Of a stretch of DNA of 64,000 nucleotides, positions 41,690 to 51,641 are shown piece by piece. The stretch covers positions 9,848-73,847 of IMG/VR virus record IMGVR_UViG_3300025083_000016; one strand, written 5' to 3'. The stretch's first letter is position 1. Each line of letters starts with the position of its first letter. The notes under the pieces were generated by a model, which was given only the letters and a program-made list of their open reading frames with translations, was not told the DNA's origin and made no database searches. Made by a program: the position numbers and the translations under genes. This DNA comes from a virus.

Positions 41690-41698
41690 GGAAATTAA

Positions 41699-44600
41699 AT
41701 GTTTAAATGCGCGCATATAAGCGATGTACACTTTAGAAGCTTAAAAAGACACGATGAGTATAAACAAGTTTTTACAGATTTGTTTTCAAAACTAAAAGAA
41801 ATAGAGTTAGACTGTATTTTTATAGGTGGTGATATTGTGCACTCTAAGACGCAAGGAATTACACCAGAGTTAATAGATGTTTTGACTTGGTGGTTTAATG
41901 GTCTTGCAAGTATAGCACCAACGCACGTCATTCTAGGTAATCATGATGGTCTAATTTTAAACGAAGACAGACAGGATGCTATATCACCTATTTTAACAGC
42001 TATTAACAACCCAGATATCTATCTTTACAAAAAGAGTGGTGTATATCCAACAGGTGTAAACGGGTTTAACTGGTGTGTTTTAAGCTGTTTTGATGAAAAA
42101 GGTTGGGAAGATGTATATCCAGTAGAAGATGAGATTAATATTGCATGTTTTCATGGTGCAGTTTTAGGATCTACAACAGATGTAGGCTGGGAATTAGATG
42201 GGGAAGTTGGTTTATCTTTCTTTGAAGACTATGACTTTGGTTTTCTAGGAGATATTCATAAAACTCAGTATCTTGATGAAGAAAAAAGAATTTGTTATCC
42301 AGGAAGTACGGTCCAACAAAACTATGGTGAAGATATTAAAAAAGGTTTTGTTTATTGGGAAATAAACAGCAAAAATGACTTTAAATCTTCTTTTATTCAG
42401 GTAGAAAACCCATATCCTTTTTTAACTATTGACTGGAAAGGCTCAGTTGAAGATACAATCGATTTTGCTAGACCCGTAAAGAAAGGTGTAAGATATAGAA
42501 TTAGATCAAACTATGGTTTGAGTCAAGCTGAGATTAAAGTTTTACACTATTATTTAAAAAATGACAAAGAAGCACATGAAATTGTATATCAAGTACTAAA
42601 TAGTTCTAAAGATAAAATCAAAGAAAGTAAAACAATACAACAAAATACTCAAATCGATATTAGAGATAAGAGTACAAGATTTAAAATTTTAAATGATTGT
42701 TTTGAAAACTTAGATGAAAGCACTATTGAAGGATTAGACGATTTATTTGCTAAAAACTTAGACAAAATACCCAATACACTATCAGACAATGTTGGTCAAA
42801 AGTGGTCTATTAATTCTTTAAAGTTTAATAATACTTTTTCTTACGGAAAAGATAACTTTATTAATTTTGATAAGTTGTCTGGTGTAATAGGTGTTTTTGG
42901 TAATAATCGTGCAGGTAAGTCTTCAATCCCAGGAACTTTAATGTACACTTTATTTAATTCTACTGATCGTGGTAGTTTAAAAAATCATGATGTAGTTAAT
43001 ATTCGCAAAGGTTCTTGTAATGCTGAAGCTGTTATTACTATCGGTACAGAACAATATCTAGTCTCTAGAGAATCATCTAAAAAAACAAACAATAAAAACA
43101 TCACTTCAGCGACAACAAAGCTTAATTTAACGTCGCTAAATAATAATGTAGATGAAAGTGAAGAGCAAAGAAGAGAGACAGAAAAGATTCTTCGTAACTT
43201 AATTGGTACATCTGAAGATTTTCTTTATACATCTTTTGCTTCTCAAGGTGAGATGAATACATTTATTAAGGAAAAAACAAGTGCTAGAAAAAATGTATTA
43301 TCTAAATTTTTAAACTTAGACATTTATGATATGTTAAGTAAAGAATCTAAAGATGATTACATTGTTTTGAAAAATAAAGTTAAAAACTTAAGTGAAAAAA
43401 GTTGGGATGATTTAATACAAAATAATATTAAAGAAATATCTCAAATTAAAAGTAATCTAAGACTTTTAGAGGAAAAAAGTGAAGAGTTAAGAAAAAAAGA
43501 AGTAGATATTAATATACAATTAGATAGAATATCTAAAAATACTAAAAAACATCCTTCAGGTTATACTAAGACTTCTGCAGAAAGCGAGCTAATTTATTAC
43601 ATTTCAAAACTAGAAAAGCTAGGAAACGAAAAAACAGACCTAGAAAACAAATTAGAAAGCAATAAAGAAGCACTTGGAAAATTTACGTTATTTAAAGAAA
43701 AATATCCAATTGACAGTCTAAATAACGATAAAGAAAAATTAAACGTTTTAAATAAAAAATTACAAACCTTAAAAAGTCATAAAAAAGTAATAAACGTTTC
43801 TGCTAGAAATGCAAAAGATCAACTTAGGATTTTAGATCAAGTGCCTTGTGGAGACGAATATCCTACATGTAAGTTTATAAAAAATGCTCATAGTTCTAAA
43901 GGCGAAATTGAAGATATTAATAAACAGCTTAAAGAAGTAGAAGGTTCTATCTTCGAATATCAGAGTTTAATTGAAAACTTAATACACGAAGGTATTGAAG
44001 AAAAAATAAAAAAATATAACGACATTTTGGCAAAAGAATACAGATATCAAGTTGATCAAAAATCATTAATTGCAAAAATAGAAGCTTCTGAAGAAAAAAT
44101 AAATGCAAACGTAGAAAATATTAAAAAATTCAAAGCTTTATCTGCAGAACTAGAAGATTTCAATAGTGAAGATTTAATCATAAAAGAAAAAGAAATTAAA
44201 ACAGAATTAAAAGAGAATAGCGAGAATATAAGCAATAATAAACACGAGCTGTTTAAAAATCAAAAAATCATTTTTGTATTAGAAGAAGAAATAGTCTCCC
44301 TAGAGAAAGAAAAAGAAGAATATTCAAAATTAAACAAAGAGTATAAACTTCATGACTTGTTTTCTCTAGCTGTTTCTAAAAAAGGTATTCCCACAATGCT
44401 TATTAATTCTTGCCTTCCTTTAATTAATAAGGAAATATCTGATATTCTTAGCGGTGTTACTAATTTTAAAATTGAGATTGATGAAGATGAAAAAGGTAAT
44501 AACTTAGATGTTTTTATTGACTACGGAGATTCTAGACGAGTAATTGAATGTGCAAGTGGTATGGAGAAGATGATGGCATCTATTGCAATCCGGGTTGCTC

Positions 44601-44827
44601 TAATTAACATATCTTCTCTTCCTAAGTCTGACGTCTTTATAATAGATGAAGGTTTTGGTGCATTAGACTCTTCAAATATAGAAGCTTGTGGTAGATTACT
44701 AAGTAGTTTAAAAAAATATTTTAAGTCTATAATGATAATATCACATATCGATGGAATTAAAGATATTGTTGATAAAAATATTGAAATAAGTATCAAAGGT
44801 AAAGACTCACATGTTCGATTTGAATGA
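41699..44827 (+). CDS. Fused Mre11/SbcD (gp47-like) nuclease and Rad50/SbcC (gp46-like) ATPase
   Basis: Phosphoesterase motifs HISDVH, GGDIVH, GNHD, FHG, LGDIH, YPGS. These are followed by Walker A GNNRAGKSS, Q-loop ASQG, coiled coil, signature ASGMEK, Walker B FIIDEGFGALD and H-loop IISH. Confidence 0.92.
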   Translation: MFKCAHISDVHFRSLKRHDEYKQVFTDLFSKLKEIELDCIFIGGDIVHSKTQGITPELIDVLTWWFNGLASIAPTHVILGNHDGLILNEDRQDAISPILTAINNPDIYLYKKSGVYPTGVNGFNWCVLSCFDEKGWEDVYPVEDEINIACFHGAVLGSTTDVGWELDGEVGLSFFEDYDFGFLGDIHKTQYLDEEKRICYPGSTVQQNYGEDIKKGFVYWEINSKNDFKSSFIQVENPYPFLTIDWKGSVEDTIDFARPVKKGVRYRIRSNYGLSQAEIKVLHYYLKNDKEAHEIVYQVLNSSKDKIKESKTIQQNTQIDIRDKSTRFKILNDCFENLDESTIEGLDDLFAKNLDKIPNTLSDNVGQKWSINSLKFNNTFSYGKDNFINFDKLSGVIGVFGNNRAGKSSIPGTLMYTLFNSTDRGSLKNHDVVNIRKGSCNAEAVITIGTEQYLVSRESSKKTNNKNITSATTKLNLTSLNNNVDESEEQRRETEKILRNLIGTSEDFLYTSFASQGEMNTFIKEKTSARKNVLSKFLNLDIYDMLSKESKDDYIVLKNKVKNLSEKSWDDLIQNNIKEISQIKSNLRLLEEKSEELRKKEVDINIQLDRISKNTKKHPSGYTKTSAESELIYYISKLEKLGNEKTDLENKLESNKEALGKFTLFKEKYPIDSLNNDKEKLNVLNKKLQTLKSHKKVINVSARNAKDQLRILDQVPCGDEYPTCKFIKNAHSSKGEIEDINKQLKEVEGSIFEYQSLIENLIHEGIEEKIKKYNDILAKEYRYQVDQKSLIAKIEASEEKINANVENIKKFKALSAELEDFNSEDLIIKEKEIKTELKENSENISNNKHELFKNQKIIFVLEEEIVSLEKEKEEYSKLNKEYKLHDLFSLAVSKKGIPTMLINSCLPLINKEISDILSGVTNFKIEIDEDEKGNNLDVFIDYGDSRRVIECASGMEKMMASIAIRVALINISSLPKSDVFIIDEGFGALDSSNIEACGRLLSSLKKYFKSIMIISHIDGIKDIVDKNIEISIKGKDSHVRFE

Positions 44828-45077
44828 AGGATGGCAGAAGATTGATAATGAAACTGAAGAAAAAATACAGGGCACTACAAGATTTATCAGACCTATTGTT
44901 TTTGATTTTTGTCCTATTAGTTGTAATTCTTGCAAGCAGTCGATTGCAACGATTGAAGATGTTGAAATGATGAAAAAAGAAAAAGTTTGTGAGCAATGCT
45001 ATGAAATGTTTTATTATACAAATAAAGATAAATGGAACAAAGGATGGCGTCCTAAATTAAAAACTATAGATAATTAA
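44811..45077 (+). CDS. Small zinc-finger-like hypothetical protein
   Basis: CNSC...CEQC pair and terminal WNKGWRP. Confidence 0.6.
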   Translation: MFDLNEGWQKIDNETEEKIQGTTRFIRPIVFDFCPISCNSCKQSIATIEDVEMMKKEKVCEQCYEMFYYTNKDKWNKGWRPKLKTIDN

Positions 45078-45105
45078 TATTTATTTCTATACAAAAGGTT
45101 GAAAT

Positions 45106-45477
45106 ATGGAATACGATTTAATAACAAAGCTTGGAAACTGCATTGATAATGTTTATAACAACTATGCAGAGTCTAGTGATAGAAGAACAGTTGCAAAAGT
45201 TCAAGATGATCATCTTATAATTGAATATAGAACTATTTTAAGAGTTGCAAAGGATTGCGAACTTGAAATGCAAATGAATTTAGTGAAATCTGAGTCTAAA
45301 CAAATGATTGAGTCTAGACTTAGAACAATTAAAGAAATATTTAAAGAAAGTGCAGGAAGAGGATTAAAAGTTAAAAAAGTCACAGACTATGACAATATAG
45401 AGACATTAACAGTAAGTCCGTATAATCCATTAAGAACTCTTAAATACACATTTTCAGTAGGTTATGAGGTCTCCTGA
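45106..45477 (+). CDS. Hypothetical protein
   Basis: 123-aa ORF preceded by AAAGGT, immediately upstream of the terminase. Confidence 0.6.
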   Translation: MEYDLITKLGNCIDNVYNNYAESSDRRTVAKVQDDHLIIEYRTILRVAKDCELEMQMNLVKSESKQMIESRLRTIKEIFKESAGRGLKVKKVTDYDNIETLTVSPYNPLRTLKYTFSVGYEVS

Positions 45478-45479
45478 AA

Positions 45480-47105
45480 ATGGCACAAAGATTATCTAGA
45501 AATGGACAAATAAACGAAATTATAAAATGTGGTAAAGACCCAGTTTATTTTATGAACAGGTATCTAAAGATTCAACATCCTGTGAAAGGCTTGATACCTT
45601 TTAAAACGTTTCCTTTTCAAGATGATTGTGTTAAAGAATTTAATGATCATAGATTTAATATAATTCTAAAGTCTAGACAGCTAGGTTTATCAACGTTAGC
45701 TGCTGCTTATGCAGTTTGGCAAGCAATATTCTATAAAGAAAAAAATATTCTTATTATTGCTACAAAACTTGCAGTTGCACAAAACTTTATAAGAAAAGTA
45801 AAGACTTATATGAAGTCTATGCCTAAGTGGCTATTAGTTCCAACAGTTACAGCAAACAATAAGCAGCAAGTTGAATTTTCAAACGGTTCACAAATAAAAG
45901 CAGTACCGACATCAGAAGATGCAGGTCGTTCTGAAGCATTATCATTATTAATTGTTGATGAAGCTGCTTTTGTTAGAAACTTTGACGAATTATGGATGGG
46001 TTTATATCCTACTCTGTCTACTGGTGGGCGTGCTATTCTATTATCTACTCCAAATGGTGTAGGTGGTCAATATCATGAAATATACACTAAAGCAGAACGC
46101 AAAGAAAACAAGTTTAACAATATAAAGCTAATGTGGGATGTTCACCCTGAAAGAGGCGATGAGTGGTTCAATAGAGAAACTAAGAATATGTCGCAAAAAC
46201 AAGTTGCACAAGAGCTTCTTTGTGACTTTGCATCTTCAGGAGATACATTTTTAACAGCTGAAGTATTAGAAAAAATAAGACTAACAACTAAGTCGCCTAT
46301 TGAAAAAAGTGGTCCTGAATATAATGTTTGGTATTGGGAATATCCAATTGAAGGTGTTAATTATATTTGTTCTGCAGATATTGCAAGAGGTGACAGCGGT
46401 GATTATTCTGCTTTCCATATTATAAACACTAAAGATAATTCTATAGCAGTAGAATATAAAGGTAAAATACCGCCAGATCATTTTGCTTCATTAATATATG
46501 ATGTATCTAGAAGATTTAATTCTGCAGTTATTTGTCCAGAGAATAATGCATATGGGTACTCTGTTTTAACAAAACTTCAAGACTTATCATATAAAAATAT
46601 TTATTTCTCTTCTGAAAAAGAAAAATACAAGTTTTTATATGGAGATGGCTCAAATATAGGAAAAGCTGGATTTAATACAAACAAAGACAGTAAAGAGAAA
46701 ATTCTTGCAAATTTTGAAGAATCTTTAAGGAATAATAGACTTAAAACTTATTCTCAAAGGCTTTTCGAAGAGTTAAAAACATTTGTCTGGAACGGCAAAA
46801 AAGTTGGTGCAATGAAAGGATATAATGATGACCTTATTATGTCACTTGCAATAGGCTGTTGGCTTACAGATAGCAATTCAAATACTTATAATGTTGAGCA
46901 AATTAAGCAAGCAGATTCTTTATTAAAAGGAATGGAAGTTAACAATACACAAGCAAAAGATACAATAATATCACCTTTTTATACAAACAAACATAACGTA
47001 GTAAATCCTTTTGTACCTGTTTTTATGTCTAACAACAAATTTTCAGGAAAAGAAATTACAAAATCAAATCCTCTAGGTGACTTATCCTGGCTAATAGGGA
47101 AATAA
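45480..47105 (+). CDS. terL: Terminase large subunit, T4 gp17-like
   Basis: KC.KDPVYF, FQ, KSRQLGLST, LLIVDEAAF, LSTPNG, nuclease SADIARG..DYSA, ENN, and DDLIMSLA. Confidence 0.95.
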   Translation: MAQRLSRNGQINEIIKCGKDPVYFMNRYLKIQHPVKGLIPFKTFPFQDDCVKEFNDHRFNIILKSRQLGLSTLAAAYAVWQAIFYKEKNILIIATKLAVAQNFIRKVKTYMKSMPKWLLVPTVTANNKQQVEFSNGSQIKAVPTSEDAGRSEALSLLIVDEAAFVRNFDELWMGLYPTLSTGGRAILLSTPNGVGGQYHEIYTKAERKENKFNNIKLMWDVHPERGDEWFNRETKNMSQKQVAQELLCDFASSGDTFLTAEVLEKIRLTTKSPIEKSGPEYNVWYWEYPIEGVNYICSADIARGDSGDYSAFHIINTKDNSIAVEYKGKIPPDHFASLIYDVSRRFNSAVICPENNAYGYSVLTKLQDLSYKNIYFSSEKEKYKFLYGDGSNIGKAGFNTNKDSKEKILANFEESLRNNRLKTYSQRLFEELKTFVWNGKKVGAMKGYNDDLIMSLAIGCWLTDSNSNTYNVEQIKQADSLLKGMEVNNTQAKDTIISPFYTNKHNVVNPFVPVFMSNNKFSGKEITKSNPLGDLSWLIGK

Positions 47106-47108
47106 TAG

Positions 47109-49097
47109 ATGGCACAAGAATCAAATTCGACTTTATTTAAAAAATTAACAGATCTTTTTAGATCTGGTCCTGTTGTAAGAAGAAAAGTAAAGAAATTCAA
47201 AGGAAACAGTACTTCTAAATCTTCACTTGAAATCTTTAAAAAAGCTCATAGTGATGTATATAACAGTACACTGTCAGCTTACGGATCTTATGACAGAATG
47301 GCAAGATACTCAGACTTTTCAGAAATGGAAGCTACTCCTGAAATTAACTCTGCGTTAGACATTTATTCAGAAGAATGCGTCTCACCAGATGTTGATGGTC
47401 AAGTATTACATATCAGTTCAGATAACAGAATGATTAAACAAATCTTAGAAGAACTTTTTTATGATGTACTTAATGTTGACTTTAATCTAGTAATGTGGAT
47501 TAGAAACCTCTGTAAGTACGGAGACTTTTTTCTGTTTAATGATATTCACCCAGAGTATGGTGTTATTAATTGTTTTCCAATTCCTATTGCTGAGATTGAA
47601 CGTGAAGAAGGATTTGATCCAGACGATCCAGCTGCAGCGAGATTTAGATGGGTAACACAAGGTAATAGAGTCCTAGAAAATTGGCAAGTATCACATTTTA
47701 GACTTTTAGGCAGCGACGCATTTTTACCATACGGCTCTTCGGTTTTAGAAGGTGCTAGACGTATTTGGCGTCAATTAATTCTTATTGAAGATGCAATGCT
47801 TGTTTATAGAGTTATTCGCTCTCCAGAAAGACGTGTATTTTACATTGACGTTGGTAATATACCACCAGAAAATGTTGCAGACTATTTAGAGCAAGCACAG
47901 ACATCTCTTAAAAGAAATGCAGTTGTAGATAAAACAACTGGACAAGTAGACTTAAGATATAATCCACTTTCAGTAGATGAAGACTATTTCTTGCCTGTTC
48001 GTGGCGGTGATACTGGTACTCGTATTGATACTTTAGCAGGTGGTTCAAACACAACTGCAATTGAAGATGTAGAATATATCCAGAAAAAACTTTTTGCTGC
48101 TCTTAAAATCCCTAAAGCATATCTAGGATATGATGAAGATATTGGAGCTAAGGCTACATTAGCGCAAGAAGATATTAGATTTAGTCGTACAATTCAAAGA
48201 ATTCAAAAGACTATTATTTCTGAGTTAAACAAAGTTGCAATGATTCATCTTTATACGCATGGTTACTCTGAAGAAGATTTGATGCATTTTGAATTAAAGC
48301 TTAGTAATCCTTCTTCTATTGCACAACAGCAAAAACTAGAATTAATTAGAACTAAATTTGAAATATCAGGATCTGCACCAGAAGGTTTATTAGATAGAGA
48401 ATGGATTAGAAAAAATATTTTAGACTTAAATGATGATGAAATTGAAAGAATCGAAAGAGGAAAAGAGAAAGATAAACTTAGAGACATGGAGTTAGAAGGT
48501 GTACAATTACCTAACGATAATCCATTTAGTTTTGGAGATGAAAGCGAAGCTGGTAATGACGATAGTGGAGGTGGTGATGATAGTGGTGGCCTAGGAGGTG
48601 GAGACGAAGGAGGAGGTGATAGTGGTGGAGACGAAGGAGGAGGAGGTGGTCTTGAAGGATTATTTGCAGGCGAAATAAAAAATGGAAAGATAATGTCTGA
48701 AGAAGAGCTTTCTGAGTATGATGAATTAATTGAAGAGCTAGATGAAGTCGACGAAGACAAGAAAAATGAAATAGGTGAATCAGGCGCTAAAGTTTCAAAA
48801 GAAGGTAGTAGAGGTTCTTATAAAACAAAGTCTACAGGTAATAAAACTCACTATAATACTTCAACACATCAAGGATCTTTAACAGCAGGCAAGCCAATTA
48901 CAGTTAAAGACTTAATGGATAGTGTTATGCCTCAAAGTCCAGTTGTAGACAGCTTTATTACTAAGAAACTCGGGTATAGAATGTCTAAGTCTCTTGACAG
49001 TATGTCTAAACAATTAAATATTAACAGTAGTAAACCTAAAATGTTGAACGAAAGTGACATACTTATAGATGATGATATTTTTGAAAATGAGGAATAA
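47109..49097 (+). CDS. Portal protein, T4 gp20-like, with a long acidic/Gly-rich tail
   Basis: LIEDAMLVYRVIRSPERRVFYIDVGNIP, EDYFLPVRG, IDTLAGG, IEDVEY..KKLF.ALKIP. Confidence 0.95.
   Translation: MAQESNSTLFKKLTDLFRSGPVVRRKVKKFKGNSTSKSSLEIFKKAHSDVYNSTLSAYGSYDRMARYSDFSEMEATPEINSALDIYSEECVSPDVDGQVLHISSDNRMIKQILEELFYDVLNVDFNLVMWIRNLCKYGDFFLFNDIHPEYGVINCFPIPIAEIEREEGFDPDDPAAARFRWVTQGNRVLENWQVSHFRLLGSDAFLPYGSSVLEGARRIWRQLILIEDAMLVYRVIRSPERRVFYIDVGNIPPENVADYLEQAQTSLKRNAVVDKTTGQVDLRYNPLSVDEDYFLPVRGGDTGTRIDTLAGGSNTTAIEDVEYIQKKLFAALKIPKAYLGYDEDIGAKATLAQEDIRFSRTIQRIQKTIISELNKVAMIHLYTHGYSEEDLMHFELKLSNPSSIAQQQKLELIRTKFEISGSAPEGLLDREWIRKNILDLNDDEIERIERGKEKDKLRDMELEGVQLPNDNPFSFGDESEAGNDDSGGGDDSGGLGGGDEGGGDSGGDEGGGGGLEGLFAGEIKNGKIMSEEELSEYDELIEELDEVDEDKKNEIGESGAKVSKEGSRGSYKTKSTGNKTHYNTSTHQGSLTAGKPITVKDLMDSVMPQSPVVDSFITKKLGYRMSKSLDSMSKQLNINSSKPKMLNESDILIDDDIFENEE
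48552..48650 (+). repeat. Gly/Asp low-complexity coding repeat in the portal tail
   Basis: GGTGGAGACGAAGGAGGAGG at 48597 and 48624, plus three GATAGTGG units. Confidence 0.8.
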
Positions 49098-49099
49098 AA

Positions 49100-49936
49100 A
49101 TGGCAAAAGTGCATAATAAAAAGAGAAATATCGGCATTATTTATGAGCAAATTATACAATTTGTGTGTAAAAAAATCATGGAAAATGACGAAGTCACTTC
49201 TGAAAAAGCCATCAAAATCATTAAAGAGCATTTTGCTGACGGAACACAATTGAGTAAAGAGTATAAACTTTTTAAAGCACTTTCAGACACGAAAGATGTG
49301 TCTGGACATCTTGCTAATTCAATTATCTTTGAAGCAAAAAAAGCATGCAATAATATGTTTGATGGAAAAAAACTTGAAAGAGAAAAAAGTAAACTGATTA
49401 AAAATCTTAATTACTCTTTTGGAAAAGGTGAGATCTTTAAAGAAAACGTTAAAAACTATAGAATCTATGCTACAGTTCAGACTCTATTAAACGAATGGCG
49501 AGATCCAGAAAATGCAAGCTTTGACTTGACAACAAAATATGAAATCAAACTTCATGAAAGTTTAACACAAAAAGCTGAAATATTGCAAGAAGTAAAAGAT
49601 ATCCCAAGAGTTGATAACTTAACTTATAGTTTAATGAACAATATTTTTGAAAAGAAGTATAGTAATCTTTTAAATAAAAGTCAAAACAGACTTTTAAGTT
49701 GTTATGCAAAAAATGACAAAGAGTCTTTGATAGAAAGCTTTTCTACTTTAAAAGAAGAAACGTTAAGTTATTTAAATGATTATATTTCTAATGCTGATAA
49801 TAAAATTATTTTAGAAAAATATAAAATAGTAAAACAAAATATTACAAACGTCTCTACTGAAAATACCTCTAGAGATAATTTGCAAAGATACTTAACTATT
49901 GCAAAACTTAAAGAAGAATTATTAGGAGGCGAGTAA
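49100..49936 (+). CDS. Conserved head-module hypothetical protein
   Basis: Lies between portal and protease. Begins HNKKRNIGIIYE; helical. Confidence 0.65.
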   Translation: MAKVHNKKRNIGIIYEQIIQFVCKKIMENDEVTSEKAIKIIKEHFADGTQLSKEYKLFKALSDTKDVSGHLANSIIFEAKKACNNMFDGKKLEREKSKLIKNLNYSFGKGEIFKENVKNYRIYATVQTLLNEWRDPENASFDLTTKYEIKLHESLTQKAEILQEVKDIPRVDNLTYSLMNNIFEKKYSNLLNKSQNRLLSCYAKNDKESLIESFSTLKEETLSYLNDYISNADNKIILEKYKIVKQNITNVSTENTSRDNLQRYLTIAKLKEELLGGE

Positions 49937-50538
49937 TGAATACTCCAAGGCTGATTACAGAGTGGACAAATTTTGAATACGACCCAAGCTTAATTAAAGA
50001 ACAAAAAGCAATGGGTAAACCTATGATGATGAAAGGAATTTTGCAAAAAGCAGAAACTTTAAATCAAAATGGCCGTGTTTATCCAAAAATTATTCTTGAA
50101 AGAGAAATTAGAAACTATCAAAAATTTATTAAAGAAAATAGAGCTTTAGGTGAATTAGATCATCCAGATTCTTCTGTTGTTGAACTAAAAAATTCATCTC
50201 ACATTATCAGAGAAGCTCATATAGAAGGAAACATTGTTTATGGCACAGTTGAGATTCTCAACACACCTAGCGGGAAGATTTTGCAATCTTTAGTTGAAAG
50301 TGGTGTGACTTTAGGTATTTCTTCACGTGGTGTAGGCAGTACTAAAACACAAGGTAATATGCAAATTGTACAAGATGACTTTCAGCTTATTTGTTGGGAC
50401 TTTGTAAGTGAGCCTTCAACTCCTGGTGCTTTTATGATGAAAGAAGGAAAAGAAGTAACACCTCAATTTATAAACGAAGTTTTTAACAAATCAGACAGAA
50501 TAGATAGAATATTTAATGACATATTGGAGTGGAAGTAA
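49936..50538 (+). CDS. Prohead maturation protease, T4 gp21-like
   Basis: NQNGRVYP, ALGELDHP, SH, TPSG, LGISSRGVGS, and DFVSEPSTPGA. Confidence 0.95.
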   Translation: MNTPRLITEWTNFEYDPSLIKEQKAMGKPMMMKGILQKAETLNQNGRVYPKIILEREIRNYQKFIKENRALGELDHPDSSVVELKNSSHIIREAHIEGNIVYGTVEILNTPSGKILQSLVESGVTLGISSRGVGSTKTQGNMQIVQDDFQLICWDFVSEPSTPGAFMMKEGKEVTPQFINEVFNKSDRIDRIFNDILEWK

Positions 50539-51098
50539 TGGCAATATCACATATACCAGGATCAATCGGACATAACTTTGTACCAGAATATCAAATTAGT
50601 GCTGTACCAAGAGTTGTCGACATATCAGTTTCAACTAAAGTAATAGTTAGAAAGTCTGATGGTTTGATTGTAGGAACTGCACCTGCTGGAGCTGCAGGGC
50701 AAGCTGTAACTTTAAATTCAAGCGGGACAGCAATTGGCGCAGCTGTAATTTTTGCTAATGTAGGCTCTCAAGTTGATGATGCATTACATGCAGGAGGCGC
50801 TTTTGTTTCTTTAAAAGTTGTAAAATTAGATAAAGTTTCACAATGGATTCAAGTGCAAAGTCCAGAAAATTCTGCTATGAGTTTAGCATTTTCTAGAAAA
50901 GATGCTGCAAATGGAAATCTAGTTGTTATAAATCAAGATACTAATTCATATCCACTTAGATTAAGATGTGTCAACATATATTTGCCAGATACAACAACTG
51001 CAGGAATAATTTTAGCAGGTCTTACTGTAATAGATAGAAAAGAATTTGATAATATAGTTGAAAAGTTTAGTGGCGACGATATTACAGTCAGCGTATAG
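50538..51098 (+). CDS. Putative virion (head decoration-like) protein
   Basis: Ala/Val/Gly-rich beta protein. The likely start is the ATG at 50538 overlapping the protease stop (TAATG), not the GTG at 50529. Confidence 0.5.
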   Translation: MAISHIPGSIGHNFVPEYQISAVPRVVDISVSTKVIVRKSDGLIVGTAPAGAAGQAVTLNSSGTAIGAAVIFANVGSQVDDALHAGGAFVSLKVVKLDKVSQWIQVQSPENSAMSLAFSRKDAANGNLVVINQDTNSYPLRLRCVNIYLPDTTTAGIILAGLTVIDRKEFDNIVEKFSGDDITVSV

Positions 51099-51106
51099 GA
51101 AAAACA

Positions 51107-51556
51107 ATGGCAAAAGTAACAAAAGAATTATTAAAGGAAATAGTAAAAGAGTGTCTTGTTGAGATTCTTGCAGAAGGTATAACAGGCGGAAATGTTGAAT
51201 CGTTAAGTGAAAGCATTGAAACACATATACCTCAAAAAAGACAGAAAAGAAGTGCACAGTCTCGTTTAATGAAAAACATACTTCCTCCAAAAGAAAAAGT
51301 AAGAAATGAAAGTTTTGAAAAGAAGTTAAATGAAACTATTTCTCAAACAACAAAAGACCCAGTAATGGCTGCAATTTTAGCAGACACAGCGAAAACTACA
51401 TTACAAGAACAGAATGGTGCAGACTCAGCAAATAGATTTGCTGCGAGACCAACTGATGATGCATCACAAATTGTTGCAAATACAGATCCGACAGAATTGT
51501 TTGCAGAATCAGCTTCTAATTGGGCACAGTTAGCTTTTTCTGATCGTAATAGGTAA
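51107..51556 (+). CDS. Putative prohead core/internal protein
   Basis: N-terminal LLKEIVKECLVEILAE and head-module position. Confidence 0.55.
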   Translation: MAKVTKELLKEIVKECLVEILAEGITGGNVESLSESIETHIPQKRQKRSAQSRLMKNILPPKEKVRNESFEKKLNETISQTTKDPVMAAILADTAKTTLQEQNGADSANRFAARPTDDASQIVANTDPTELFAESASNWAQLAFSDRNR

Positions 51557-51641
51557 TTTATCATAGACACGATAAAAATTTAACTGACAGTCATATAATT
51601 ATTATTAGACACAAACTAATTAAGTATATGGAGTCAACAAC

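Noticed and set aside
45660-45700. Terminase Walker A lacking the usual GKT/S lysine (KSRQLGLST)
   Set aside because: This K-x-RQ-x-G-hydrophobic-S/T variant is common in large terminases, and all other motifs are intact, so it is not a pseudogene.
48263-48760. 165-aa Pro/Ser-rich minus-strand ORF
   Set aside because: Antisense shadow of the Gly/Asp repeat in the portal tail.
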